A stretch of 64,000 nt of DNA from Mobula hypostoma (GCF_963921235.1 NC_086097.1:45324001-45388000); one strand, 5' to 3'. Shown: positions 11,600-25,021, counted from the stretch's first letter. Notes: generated by a model from the letters alone, not told the origin. Numbers and translations are program-made.

Positions 11600-12837
11600 A
11601 ATTAAGCGATAACCTATAACTATAAAAGGGTACCTGGAGGCACATGATGAAAAAGGCTGTAGTCAGCATGGTTTCCTCAAGGGAAAATCTTGCCTGACAA
11701 ATCTGTTGGAATTCTTTAAAGAAATCTTTAAAAAGATGGACAAAGGAGAATTGGTTGATGTTGTGTACTTGAATTTTCAGAAGGCCTTTGACAAGTTGCC
11801 ACACATAATGCTGCTTAAAAAGATACAGGCCCATGGTATTACAGGAAAGATTCGTGGATAAAGCAGTAGCTGGTTGACAGGAGGCAAAGAGTGGGAATAA
11901 AGAGAGCCTTTTCTGCTTGGCTGCCGGTGACTAATGGTTTTCCACAGGTGTCTATGTTGGGACCAATTCTTTTTATGTTACATGTCAAAGATTTGGATGA
12001 TAGAGTTGATGGCTTTGTTGCAAAGTTTGCTGACGATATGAAGGCAGGCAGAGGGCAGGTAGTTTTGAGGAAGTAGCGAGGCCACTGAAGGACTTAGTTA
12101 GACTAGGAGAATGGGCAAAGAAGTGGCAGTTGGAATACAGTGTCGGGAAGTGTATGGTCATGTACTTTGGTAGGAGAAATGAAAGGGTTGACTGTTTTCT
12201 AAATGGAGAGAAAATACAAAACACTGAAGTGCAAAGGGACTTGGGAGTTTTTGTGCAGGATTCGCTAAAGATTAATTTGCAAGTTGCGTCTGTGGTGAGA
12301 AAGGCAAATGTGATGTTAGCATTCGTTTCAAGAGGACTAGAATATAAAAGCAAGGATGTAATGTTGAGAATTTATAAAGCACTGGTGAGGCCTCACTTGG
12401 AGTCAATGTTCCCTCTAAGGTGTGCACATGCACACATCTTTTGCTACTATGAGAGGTGACGGCATTGAAACATATCGAATGGTGATAGGCCTTGATAGAA
12501 TGGATGTGGCGAGGGTGCTTCCTATGGTGGGAGAGTCTAAGACCAGAGGACACAGACTCAGAATAGAGAGGCATCCTTTTAGAACGGAGATGAGGAGGAA
12601 TTTCTTCAGCCAGCGAGTGGTGAATCTGTGGAATTCCACAGGTATCTGTGGAGGCCAAGTCTTTATGTATATTTAAGGCAGAAGTTGATGGATTCTTGAT
12701 TGGTCATGGCATGAAGGGATATGGCAAAGTCAGAGATTGGGGCTGAGAGGAAAAATGGGTCAGCCATTATGAAATGACGAAGCAGACTTGACGGGCCAAA
12801 ATGCCTAATTCTGCTCCAATATCTTACAGTCTTATGA
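11600..12837 (+). mobile_element. CR1 LINE fragment (RT to 3' UTR) with internal deletions
   Basis: AWLPVTNGFPQVSMLGP..VAKFADDMK; LAFVSRGLEYKSKDVMLR; RRNFFSQRVVNLWNS; CR1 tail. Confidence 0.92.
12404..12449. mobile_element. Left end of the same hAT MITE family as 10509-10858, inside CR1
   Basis: caatgttccctctaaggtgtgcacatgcacacatcttttgctacta matches 10509-10563. Confidence 0.75.
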
Positions 12838-14283
12838 TAAAAATATCAACATTTATAAATATGTTCTTAAGGAATGTCATATAATGGGGAGGGGTTGGTT
12901 GTTTAGAATTTTAACATTTTATTGCTGCAATTACGGTCATATTTTAGCATAAATTATAGTGGAACATTTAGTATTTTAAAAAAATTAAATTAATACAGAT
13001 CGGTCTCTTCTGCTATCACATTGCAACGTAAAAGAGGAGAAGTTGCTATCAGTACTTTCTACACAAAATTGACACAAAATCATGTGTCACAATTCACGCA
13101 GTTTGTAGATATATGGATAATATGCCACTTTCACTATATTTAAAATCAAATTTCTTAAATTTAATATATTTTCAGAAAAAAACCAAGGCTATCACAAGCA
13201 AAATTTAAAATGCAGATCATGGTGTTTTTTTCTTTGTTTCCTTGAGGCTGAAACTGAAGGCATGTAAAGCATATTGTTCTCATGATCTGTATCAATATAA
13301 ATTATTTTTCTGTAAGAAAAGTGACATAGATTGTGCTTATCTTTCTAAAAATTCACAGCAAACCTAAGCTCTTTCCTTTCAGCTGCAGATGACTGTCATT
13401 TTACTTCTACTGGTCATTAATATCACTTCTCACATTTCATATGCCTTCATAGCTTTGACTGAGGCAGCACAATGTCTCTAGTTACTGCATAGTAACAGAA
13501 ACTTCTACAAGTAAATAAAGAAATAAAATAGCTAGCAAAATTACAGAAGCCTTTTTTTAAACAGTTCAGCAATTCAAATCCCAGGAGTGTACTGGATTAA
13601 TTTGATAAGTAGTGAATTCATTATAATTTAAAATTGGAAAATCAAGAATTGTTTCCACCATGACCCAGCTGTCATGTTCAAACTTGAAAATTCAAAACTG
13701 CAGTGATTAAAATAGGGCCAAGTTAAGTTAATCATTGCACTGTTACCTCAGAAACTATTTTTATATCAAACAAACTCCTCCTCCAATAATTACCCTTCTT
13801 AAATATGCATTAGTGAAACTCCCAAAGACAACTGTTAAGTTTATGGCTTGTTATAAGTTCTTTTCCTCTTGTTTCCATTAGAGGAGATATGCATATGGAA
13901 GGTCTCCACAGGAAGTTTCTTTCTTTGTCTTTTATCAAAAGAACCAGCATTGGCATCATGCTTTCCTTAAAACCAAAAGGAGCCAATTGCTGTCAGTGTA
14001 TTTCAGAGAATTCCTTTGATAGAACTCTTGGAGATTTAAGCATGCAAGCAATGAATTATTAACTCCCTCTTGTCTTGGGCATTCCAGATGGGCAACACTG
14101 TTGGCAGCCAACTTATAAGCGCAGCTACAGAATAAAGGTTCTATTCGATGTAAATAGAAAGGAAGCAAGCCCCGTCACAGTAGAATTATCCTCAATAAAT
14201 TATTGTACATAAATATTCAAAGATGTCTGTAAAACGATGCAAATCAGTACCAAATTTTTTAAAAATCACATCTTGTTCTATCA

Positions 14284-14368
14284 TGCAAACCCGAGGAAAT
14301 CTACAGATGCTGGAATTTCAAGCAACACACATAAAAGTTGCTGGTGAACGCTCACCAGCAACTTTTAT
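14284..14368. mobile_element. PLE terminus ending in a perfect 17-bp hairpin
   Basis: PLE terminus sequence, then ATAAAAGTTGCTGGTGA-acgc-TCACCAGCAACTTTTAT (14331-14368). Confidence 0.8.
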
Positions 14369-14986
14369 CTTGTTCTATCAGTTGGAAGCCATTAAATATG
14401 GATCATATTGGTCCACTTGTTACTTCCAGTGGATCATAAATCAATCTGAAAAGTGAGCCCTTATTTTAACAATAGCATCTTCGCTCTGCTTGCTGTGAGC
14501 AGTTAAAGCCTCATTTTTCTAAAAGGTGACACAGAACATTGGAGAGACTCCTACTACCAGATGAACAGGGTCCCACCTAACAGTTAAAAGCAACCACCTG
14601 ATGGTATCGCTTCACATCATCTTAAATAACAGTTTGGGGAAAGCCATGTGCACGTTTGATTGAAAAAGAAGTGAGGTGGTAAATCTGGCTTTGTGTCAGG
14701 CTGGTCCCCTGAATTTCCCCCGGGATCAATAAAGTAACACTATGACTAATGTCATTGGAACCTCCATGTCCCCAGACCTTGGACACACCTGAGGGCATGC
14801 TGAAAGAAAGTTGTTGAGTGCAATAATGTGTTCACATCAGAATACTAAAACTGTGGCATCTTACTTCATTGCCTTTGAAGCTTTCTGTGGGAGACGTTAT
14901 AATGCAATGTGATTGCTGGAGTGTGTTTACGCTCACTGGGGCCCTCTGGTGTTTGATTGTCAAAATGTAAGTACAATAGGAATATT

Positions 14987-15162
14987 GGTCAAGCAGCATC
15001 TGTAGAAGGAAATAGACAGTCAACAGTTAGGGCCAATAGCTTTCATCAGGACCCAAAACATTAACTGTCCATTCCCCTCTACAGGTGCTGCTCGACCCAC
15101 TGCGTACCTCCAGCAGGTCGTTTTTTGCTCCAGATTCCAGCATTTGCAGTTTCTTGTGTCTC
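14987..15162. mobile_element. Inverted-repeat PLE-derived element with degenerate hammerhead at its centre
   Basis: gtcaagcagcatctgtagaagg..gacagtcaac / ttaactgtcc..ctctacaggtgctgctcgacc; centre ttcatcagga is CUGAUGA on the minus strand. Confidence 0.65.
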
Positions 15163-16282
15163 CATTAGTAGAATACATATCCCTCCAGGGTTGTAAGAGT
15201 AACCTGAAAACTAAATATTGAAGGTGCTGGAAATCTGAAATAAAAGTTTTGTTGAATGTTCTGATTAACAGCTAAAAAATGTAATGTGGCAATAATATCA
15301 TCTGATAAAAGCAATCCAACAGGCCCAAATGCCTTGGAAAATTCCTTGGCAATTAAGGATATACTATTTCATTGTTTAATAGTGACCGATCTGAGAATAA
15401 TAAGAGAAAGGTGGTAACTGCTCAGGTACAAAGTCAACATTAACTCACTTTAATTTGGAGAAATTCCCAGAGAGCACACCGTAGAATCAAGAACAAAAGC
15501 AAGGTTCTGAGAGCAGTTTGCATCCTTATAGGTATATAACTAACTGCTTAAGCCTATTTGCCATTCACTTTTTTTGTCCAAACCAATATTGATCCCTTAT
15601 TAAACACCACAAGACAGTTTGTCTGATTAATATAATATTGCTCTATGTGAAAACATGTTGGCTGTACTTGGACTATCATGTTTTGTAACAGTTACTACAC
15701 TTCAAAGCAGATTCCTTAGTGCCTGTTAAACACTTTGCATTGGCTAAAAGTTATAAACAAGTTTTTGTTTTTGATTCCCATAAAACACAACTCAACTCCC
15801 TTTAACTGCCTTTGATCTATATTCCGTATCTCCCTTAAAGGTAAAGTATAAATATTTGTCCTGGAGTGTTGACTTACTAGCCACAGATGTTTCAGGAGAG
15901 AGTTCCAGACTGCCACTATCTACTGGGTGACAGCTTGCTTCCCAATATCACTCCTTAGATGCAGGTAGATAGCCTGGCATTACTTTTTAAGTTACAATCT
16001 TTCTTCTGAATTCCCATATCACTTGAAATAACTTATCCACAATCCTACCAGCTTATTTTCACCCTTTCATCTGCTCAGTTAAGTAATGTCTCAACCATTA
16101 AAACTGAAAGGGTAGATCATCCGAGGCAACTTTGACTGGAAATGGATTCCATTGAAGACATTGTTTTGTGATGTCAAGTTGCTCCTATCTGTGGCAGTAA
16201 TTCAGCTCCAATGATACTTTAGCACTTCAGATTTTGCGGTGCTGACTGGGGATGAAGTTTGATTTTTATTTTACTTAGAGAT

Positions 16283-17688
16283 ACCATAAGATCATAAGAC
16301 CATAAGACATTGGAGCAGAATTAGGACATCTGGTCCATCAAGTCTGCTCTGCCATTCAATCATGGCTGATCCTTTTTTATCTCCTCCTCAACTCCAGTTC
16401 CCGGTCTTCTCCTCGTAACCTTTGATGCCATGTCCAATCAAGAACCTATCAATCTCTGCTTTAAATATACCCAACTACTTGGCCTCCACAGTTGCAAGTG
16501 GCAAGAAATTCCACAAATCCACCACTCTTTGGCTAAAGAAATTTCTCCACGTCTCTGTTTTGAAAGGCTGCCCCTCTATCCTGAGGATGTGACTTCTTGA
16601 CCTAGACTCTCCCACCATGGGAAACACCCTTTCCACATCTACTCTGTCTAGGCCTTTCAACATTTGAAAGGTTTCAATGAGATCCCCCCTCATCCTTCTG
16701 AATTCCAGCAAGTACAGACCCAGAGCCATCAAACGTTCCTCATATGATAACCTTTTCATTCCTGGAATTATCCTTGTGAACCTCCTCTGCTCCCTCTCCA
16801 ATGCCAGCACAACTTTTCTAAGATGAGGGGCCCAAAACTCTTCACAATACTCAAGGCAAGGCCTCACCAGAACCTTATAAAGCCTCAGCATCATATCCTT
16901 GCTCTTGTATTCTAGACCTCTTGAAATGAATGCTAACATTGCATTTGCCTTCCTCACCATTGACTCAACCTGCAAGTTAACCTTCAGGGGGATCTGCACA
17001 AGGACTCCCAAGTTCCTCTGCATCTCAGATTCCTGGATTTTCTCCCCATTTAGAAAATAGTCCGCACATTTATTTCTCCTACCAAAGTGCATGACCATGC
17101 ATTTTCCAACCTTGTATTTCATTTGCCACTTTCTTGCCCAATATCCTAATCTGTTCAAGTCCTTATGCATCCTACTTGTTTTCTCAACACCACCCACCCC
17201 TCAACCAACCTCTGTTTCATCTGCAAACTTGGAAACAAAGCCATTTATTCCATCATTTAAATCATTTATATACAGCATTAAAAGAAGTGGTCCCAACACC
17301 GACCCCTGTGGAACACCATTAGTCACTGGCAGCCAACTAGAAAAGGATCCTTTTATTCCCACTCACTGCCTCCTACCAATCAGCCAATGCTCTAACCATG
17401 TTAATAACTTCCTGTAATATCATGGGCTCTTAACTCGGTAAGGAGCCTCATGTGTGGCATCTTGTCAAAGGCCTTCTGCAGTCCAAATATACAACATCCA
17501 CTGCATCCTCTTTATCTATCCTACTTGAAATCTCCTCAAAGAATTCAACCAGGTTCATCAGGCAGGATTTTCCCTGAAGGAAACCATGCTGACTTTGTAC
17601 TATCTCGTACTGTGTCACCAAGTATTCTATCACCTCATCCTTAACAATTGGCTCTTCCCAACCACTGAGGCCAGGCTAACTGGTCTAT
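16283..17688 (-). mobile_element. CR1 LINE, 5'-truncated; 240-aa open RT C-terminal segment
   Basis: ORF 16475-17197; QHGFLQGKSCLMNLVEFFE; (ACCATAAG)-like 8-nt tail repeats at 16283-16310. Confidence 0.93.
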
Positions 17689-17689
17689 A

Positions 17690-17952
17690 CACTGCAGAAG
17701 AGGTCCTTCCCTCCCACCAAGCAGAGACACTCAGCAACCCACCTACTTAACCCGAGTTTAATCACAGAATGATTTACAATGACCACTTAACCCACTAACC
17801 GGGATGGTGGGAGGAAGCTGGAGTACTGCAGGAAACCCACACGGTTACGGGGAGAACATACATACTCCTTGCAGAGGGTGCCAGAATTGAACTCTGAACT
17901 CTGACAACGTGAGTTGTTATAACATTGCGCTAACCACTTCACTTCTGTGGCT
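17690..17952 (-). mobile_element. HE1/V-SINE-like tRNA SINE
   Basis: ggtgggaggaagctggagtactgcaggaaacccacacggttacggggagaacatac..ctcc..gaattgaac..gcgctaaccac is the reverse strand of V-domain plus tRNA head. Confidence 0.75.
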
Positions 17953-19667
17953 TCCATTAATAATGGACTTATTCATACATAATGGAACTTAGGTATGCAT
18001 TTTATATATTATAAAATTACTACAAATGTTCAAGGCTTATGTATTCATTTTATACTGTGGCCCCTTAAAAAGTCAATATATCTTCTGTAGGTTTGAATAC
18101 TCAAAATTGAACTCTAAACACCATTTTACATCCAAGTAATGTCGGATGCACCTGAAGTACTCAAACTATACAATATCTATAATGTGCCTGCTCCCAGACT
18201 GCCTGCCAATGTCCATTTACTACTGCAGTTATAATACACAGCAGCCTTGTTTGCCAGTGGATCAATTAGAAAGAAGCCTGAAGTGCTGAATTTGAGAGAA
18301 GTTAACCTATTTGGTATGTGCTTTTAAGAACATGTAATCAATTAAATCTGAAGTGGGTTTACAAGTATTCCCCAACATATACTGTACCCCTGCCAGTCCA
18401 GATAGGATTGAGTGAGTGGAGTCTGGGCACAATTTAGTGGTGTTCCACTATCACCCTGGCTAGGCACAGGCAATGAGACAAAGACAGAGAATGGAGTGCA
18501 GGGATTTTCAATATTATGACTTGTCTGTTCATTAAATTACAGGGTAAACTCACTTGGAATGTTTTTAGTTCTATCTGAATTAAACAGGAGATGAAGCAAA
18601 TTGTATCAACAGTAACCCAGCAGTGCAGCAAAATCATTACAAAGCACCACTCTCTAGGTTCTTGCTGAAGAAAGACAAAAGATACCCCATGCCCACATGC
18701 AGTGCTCAGAGCGACTGAATAGGACCAATCAGTATCATTACAATCTCAGTACTGTTGTTACTCATTCCATTAACTAACTGTGCTGTCACAGCAAGCGTGA
18801 CCTGGGACCTGCAAGTGCTCTGGGATGTTTTCCTTACTGCTTGGATGAAGGTATTTTTAACTGTTGAATGATTGTTGATTCATTTCTCTGGATCAATTCT
18901 CTGGTACTCTTCCCCTTTGTTAATATTACATCATGGTTGTAAAAATCTTGATTGGAAAAGATTTTTACAATCTTGATTGTAAAAATCTAAATATATTCAA
19001 CAATCATAATTATAATCTACCTTTTTTTTCCAGTCAAAGACTGTTGTTGGATACGTTTCCGAAAGCTTACTTAAAATGTTCATAACAGTTATCTTGCACT
19101 CATTTTGAACCGTATTATGAACTGATTTCAGAGCAATTACCCATAGCCTGTTAGTGGATTGCAAATGCATTGTTCTGTGTAAGGTTACACTTAACCGGAT
19201 GAATCGACATTATTTGGGAACAGGTTGCATACTGTCTGTGTAACTTGCACAAAGTTAGTGAGAGTCCCTTCATTACTTTAGGTCATTTATTTTCTGGAGA
19301 ACATAAAACTCTGTAGTCTGTGTAATGTGAAATATAATGGAGAGCTGGAGTCCACAGAATTTCAATTGTGTTTGCAGCAGGACGCACTGTAACGTACAAC
19401 TACTGGTTTACCTGCAGTAGACTAATTCTAGCCACTGTGAATAAACCAAAGAGAAAATGCAAGAAACTTGAACCTCTGATTGACTAATGGTTGTTCTGTC
19501 ATTAAGCACCATTCAGATATGTTAAGAGAGAGGATTATTGATTCTTTAAAAGGGTTTGTATGTATTTCTGTACATAGTGCAGTGGGCACGTCCCACTGCT
19601 TGGAATTGGAGACAGCGCCCCTGCAACTCCCTGGTCCGCACTTCCGTTTCCCGCAGCGTGGTACTTA

Positions 19668-19903
19668 CAGAATCGGAGAGTCGTGGAACTCTACAGCACT
19701 GAAACAGGACCTTTGGCCCACCCAGTCCATGCCGAACCATTAACCATCACCACTTGCGCTGGCAACTCCATCCACACTCTCACCATCCTCTGAGTGAAGA
19801 ACTTCCCCCTCATGTTCCCCTTAAACATTTCACCTTTAACCCATGACCTCTGGTGCAGTCCCACCCAACCTCAGAGGAAAAAGCCTGCTTGCATTTCCTC
19901 TCC
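19668..19903 (-). mobile_element. CR1 3' end fragment
   Basis: tacagcactgaaacaggacctttggccc..ctcaccatcctctgagtgaagaacttccccctcatgttcccc, same family as 181-460. Confidence 0.75.
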
Positions 19904-19959
19904 AAATTAGGGCAATACACACAAAATGCTGGAGGAACTCAGTAGGCCAGGTCATTCCC

Positions 19960-20450
19960 CCCCCCCCCACCCAACAGTATCCAAAGCGGTGTACCTGTTG
20001 TTGAGGGGAATAGCTTCCTATCCCCTTTCCCCCTCCTGATGGTCACCCAGTTACCTATTTCCTGTACCTTGGGTGTTACTACCTCCCTACATGTCCTGTT
20101 GATCAACCCCTCAGCCTCCCAAATTATCCAGAGTTCATCCAGATCCAGCTCCAACTCTGGTTAGAAGCCACAGCAGGATTCACATCTAGTCGTCATGAAC
20201 ACCAGAGGTCTCTCTGCCTTCCCACATCCTGCAAGAGGAGCATTCCACTATCTTGCCTGGTATTCCCATTGCTCTAAATCAGCAATAGGAAAGAAAGAAA
20301 GAAAGAAAGGAAGGAAGAATAAATAAGGAAAATAAAATCCACCCGTATCCTACGTCTCTCCTCGCCAAAGTCTCAACTCCCCTGGCCCACTCACACAATA
20401 GCCTCTCCATGTAAACTTAACTTCTTTTTATTGTATCTTGCCAGGTGCAT
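19960..20450 (-). mobile_element. CR1 ORF1 / 5' region remnant
   Basis: ORF ELDLDELWIIWEAEGLINRTCREVVTPKVQEIGNWVTIRRGKG resembles chondrichthyan CR1 ORF1; includes a (GAAA)n tract near 20290-20320. Confidence 0.6.
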
Positions 20451-20479
20451 AATTATGCACAATCAAATGTCTCCTCGGG

Positions 20480-21085
20480 AACTGTGGCGCACAAGAAGTA
20501 CTTCTGCCAGGACTTCCCCTTGCTATCATAGGTGATGCAACACTTGCCTTTCCAGGGACCGGAACAGTCTTTCCAGGTGAAGGAATGGCACCCTTGCACT
20601 TTTTCTAATCTCATGTCCCGCATTCTGCATTTACCATCTGTTTTCTGCACTGTTGAAATCAACAAAGATTGGCGAAACACCTCAGTTCAGTCCACAGCAG
20701 CATACTTGAATTTGCTGTTGCCTGCTGCTTTAATTCCTCATCTCACTCCTACTTTGCTCTCCGTCTGTAATCTCTCATGTCGTTACAATGAGTCCAATGC
20801 AATCTTGAGGAACAGCGACACTTCTCCCCAATGGGTACATTGCAGCCTTCCAAGCACAATACTGATTTCTATTCCCATTCGCTAATTGTTCACGATAATT
20901 CCCAGGGTCAACCCGGTTTGACGCCATCAGAGACATATCCCTCCTTGACCTGCCCGGCAGTTTAACAAGCTGTTTGTCTCTCCTTCCCAATTCTGACAAA
21001 GGGACTCCAACCAGAAATGTTCCCTCCATTTCTCTTGCCACAAATGTGACCTAATTTGCTGTGCATTTCCTGCATTTTATTTATT
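20480..21085 (+). mobile_element. Penelope-like element: GIY-YIG endonuclease remnant and 3' UTR with degenerate hammerhead
   Basis: FQGPEQSFQVKEWHPCTFSNL.. resembles the PLE IQGPKQSFQVRQHFTC..YC region; ctgacaa-aggg..cca-gaaatgtt at 20993-21021. Confidence 0.7.
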
Positions 21086-21164
21086 TATTTAGGATATTAA
21101 AATATATGCAATTCTGATTTATTAAAATTTTTAAAATCCATTTATAAAATCTTTTCATGATCCA

Positions 21165-21707
21165 ACCTCCCAGTCCCATTCTGACATGACAGCCCATGGC
21201 ATCCTCTACCGTCACAATGAGGCCACACTCAGACTGTTGGAGCAACACCTCACATACTGTCTGGGTAGCCTCCAACCTCATGGCATGAACTTCAATTTCC
21301 CTAATTTTTAGTAATTTATCCCCCTCTGCCTTCCCTCATCTCACATTCCCCATCCTGGTTTCCTCTCACCCCTTCTGTTTCCCTTAGCTGACCATCACCT
21401 CCCTCTGCTGCCTTGCCTTTTTCTCCTTCCTCCCATGGTCCGCCGTCCTCTCCTATCAGATTTCTTCTTCTTCTTCAGCCCTTTCCTTCTTCCACCTTTC
21501 ACCTCTCGGCTTCTTACTTCATCCTCCATCCCTCACCCACCCACCTTTTACTCCTTCTCCTTCCCCCCCCCCACCTTCTTATTCTGGCTTCTCTCCCCTC
21601 TCCTTCCCAGTCCTAATGAAGGGACTCAGCCAGAAATGTCAACTATTTAATCTTCTCCATATATGCTGCCTGACTTGCTGAGTTCATCCAGAAGTTTGTG
21701 CGTGCTT
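21165..21707 (+). mobile_element. Second PLE 3' fragment (GIY-YIG end, pyrimidine-rich UTR, hammerhead motif)
   Basis: Reads SHSDMTAHGILYRHNEATLRLLEQHLTYCLGSLQPHGMNFNF; cagtc-ctaatga-agggactcagcca-gaaat-gtc-aacta at 21608-21645. Confidence 0.8.
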
Positions 21708-22506
21708 TTCATGATACAAACCTCCCAGGCAGTTCTCTGGAGCACTATCAAAGAAAGTTTGGCTCATAAAGATGACATTAGATCATAATAGGAAAATGTT
21801 CCAACTGATCTAGTTTTCACATTCTAGGTCTGAAACGTGTAAATATTGAGGTGCAGATAAGAACATGTGAAGAGCAAAACACCGCAGTCATTCTCAGTTT
21901 CAACACAGGGCATCACAGAGTTGTAAAAAGTTTATCTCACATGGCAGAACACAAGGAAAAAAAATCAAAGGATTATCACAAAACTGAAAATTAATAACCC
22001 ATTTCACTGCTTAGTAACTTAAACCAACAACTTGATTTGTGAACCTTTAAGAGGCGAGTACCAAAATATTATCAGTGTATTCTGAGATTCAACAAATCTA
22101 TAAAATTAGGGCTCTTTTTTTCATTCTTAACCACTCACATTAAGGAATTGGAAGAGCAGTGCTGTGCCAATTTGATAGAAATAATTGGTTTCCTTTGTTA
22201 ATAATAAGTATTACAAAGCAATGCAAAAACCTCGCAAATGTTTATTTGGTAGGTTAGATACTGAGAATGTTCCCCATGTCCAAGTCCAAAAATAGGGACT
22301 ACAAACTCAAGCCAGTTACAATGTTAATAAATCTAGTAGTGGACTCATCAGTAACTCCATCAATGGGCATTGGGATGAGCTCTGAGTATGCTGATTGACA
22401 GCTGCTGGGCTCAGGCAAAGGTCAGGTAGCAGTCTGTCATTCTTTAGCATCTCTCTCTCTTTAGACTATGTGGAATGAGAGGCCAACACAATGGTAGTCG
22501 TGTTCA

Positions 22507-22563
22507 GGACACTAGACTGAATGCCCTGTCATTGGACACTAGACTGAATGCCCTGTCATTGGA
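22507..22563. repeat. Perfect 27-bp tandem duplication
   Basis: GGACACTAGACTGAATGCCCTGTCATT twice, plus GGA. Confidence 0.95.
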
Positions 22564-22604
22564 TTCACCACTGAGCTCAGCACAGGAGCAATGGCTTCTT
22601 AAAG

Positions 22605-22655
22605 CTGGGGTTCCCAACCTTTTTTATGCCATGGACCCGACACTGGGGATCGCTG
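22605..22655. mobile_element. 51-bp hAT (Charlie/MER5-like) mini-MITE
   Basis: Ends CTGGGGTTCCCAAC / ACTGGGGATCGCTG; perfect 8-bp TSD TCTTAAAG at 22597-22604 and 22656-22663. Confidence 0.75.
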
Positions 22656-24241
22656 TCTTAAAGAAAGTGTCCATATGTACCACACCTGGCCTTCAGTTTT
22701 AGCCAAAGAAAGCCAGTGTAGGAACAGCAGTTCCATATATTCCAATGGGATCACTGATCCTACGAAAAAGGGTAGGGAATTAATTTAATATTTGCAATCC
22801 TTAGACTGTTTTTGCTTTTTTTTAAACCTTATAACATTTGCTTTAGGACAAAGAATACTCACTTGCAAGGTTGAAGCATCTGAGTTCATCTAATTTTGGA
22901 AAACTTCCAGTCTTATTTTATCTGAATTCCATAATCTAATTGCTGTTTTGTAATGCCAGCAATTTAATTCATCCTATACAAACACCAAAACTGGAATACA
23001 ATGGCAGATCTATTTACTTGATATCCTTGGGAATAACGTAGCCTGTTCACGCCTTTAATGGCTGTTTTTTGACTAATGAGCAGTAGACTAGCAAAGTCAG
23101 CTCTTCAATAAACGTTCAAAGAATGAGCTGGGGTTTCCATTCCCAAGTGCATGTATTTTTACAGAATGGAATTGTTCGTAAAATGTCAGGGGTAGCCACC
23201 CCTGTTGCTTACTAAACATTACTGTCTTGAATGTGCCTACAAAAAAATTGCGTTCAAGTAGGATTTCAGAGATCTTCTATTGTTCATTCATCATGCCTTT
23301 CAATGAATGTAAAGAAAGTTGAGAAATCCAGTCCCTCCTCTGAAGGCAAAGGTAGTTCAGCTTCAGTTCACAGTCCATATTTACATGTATAATTAACTGT
23401 CAAATAATGGACTTCCTTCATAAATCCAAATTAGTTGTCCGTTACCATGGTAATGAAACAGCTATAACATTCATGTCTATTGTTGTCATTGAATTGGAGC
23501 GGGTCTCCTGGCCTAGGGCTGCATTGTTTACAATATGTATTAATTAGTCTTAACAACAGCAGCAAGTTTGCTCAAAAATACGTGAGAATATTGGGAAAAA
23601 CATTATTTATTTTCTCATTTGATATATAAGAATTGTTGTGGAAACAAGCTGCAAATTCTCACCTGCTAGCTATTAAACCTAGCCCTAAGGACCAGTGTAA
23701 TGTTTCTATGTCCTTCTCAATATCAGCAACAGAATTTCTCCTCGCCACTTGGCAGTGAGCAAGTCCTGGTGAACATGATCTAATGGATATTGCTGGTTCT
23801 ATTGACGTATCCACCCAAAGGCAATTTCTCAGCAATTACCTTGGACATGAATAGTTCTTGGGCTACGTAACTGTGGTAGCCACAGGTTAACCTGGCTTTG
23901 TCCCAGATTGTCACTTAAATGATCAGCAGTGGGAATTGAAGGCTAATTTGTTTTTTTCTGACTGTTCCATTGTCCAGTGGGGATATATTACCACTTACAC
24001 CAAATGTTGTTACTTGCACACAAAACTACAGGTGAAATCTAAAATCTTCCATATCAATGAGGCACCATATTTTAGAGTTATAGCTTAAGTGTCCAAGAAA
24101 CAAACAATGTTAAAAGAATACAGTGTATTTTCTAATGTCTTGAAAATCTAAGGGAAATTAGAAGAAAATTTCTGTTTAAAGAAGCTTTACAGAAATCACC
24201 TGATATTAAATGATCATCAGATGAATCATTTGTTGAAAATA

Positions 24242-24934
24242 CAGTGGATTCTGATTAATTGGGCCGTCGGTTAACCAGAGCAGCCGCTTGTTTGGGACAA
24301 CTCTTAAAGAACAAAAATTAATCAAGAAAGTATCCGGAATTCTCTTCATTTATTTGGGACACTATGCTGCTTAATTGAATCAGGAGACTGTTGCCGAACA
24401 GTTTCTAACTAGCGTCAGTCACACGCATTTCTATGGCCGTTAGACACGATGCCGTAGTTGACGAGAAATAAGCAGAAAGACAATTCAGAACTGTTTTTCT
24501 CACTGTGTTTGCAAGTATTCAGGCTTGAAGCTGCCAGAAATGGCCGGGAACTACAAAGAATTTGAAGGTGGCAACCGACTATCATTTTGAATGTCACAAT
24601 GAAGATGAAGATTTGAAGGATGCAATCATCGAAAGCATTGCACAAAGGCAGTCCACTATCCATACTGATCTCGTTCATTTGCAGTCAATCAAACAAACAC
24701 GGCTGCATACACAGGATGAATTCCTCTTTAGGAACTAATGCACTGTTTTACTGTATTATAGCAGCATTTGTAGCTTTCTAATTTGTTCCGTATTTCATTT
24801 GAATTCATAATTTGTTATTTAGTTAAATGGTATCTTTTTATCTACTTCCCTGAAACTTTGGCTAATTGGGACAGCCACTTAATTGGGCCAAAATGTACTG
24901 GTCCTTATCTGTCCTAATTAACCAGAATCCACTG
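24242..24934. mobile_element. Tc1/mariner superfamily (pogo/Tigger-like) non-autonomous element
   Basis: TIRs CAGTGGATTCTGATTAATTGGG / CCTAATTAACCAGAATCCACTG, TA TSD on both sides. Confidence 0.88.
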
Positions 24935-25021
24935 TAAATGATTGAAACTTGTGCAAGTGTTTCATTAATCACTTGACAGACCAGTGTGCTGGTAGTTGTT
25001 CCGGGTGTAACAATTTTAGAT

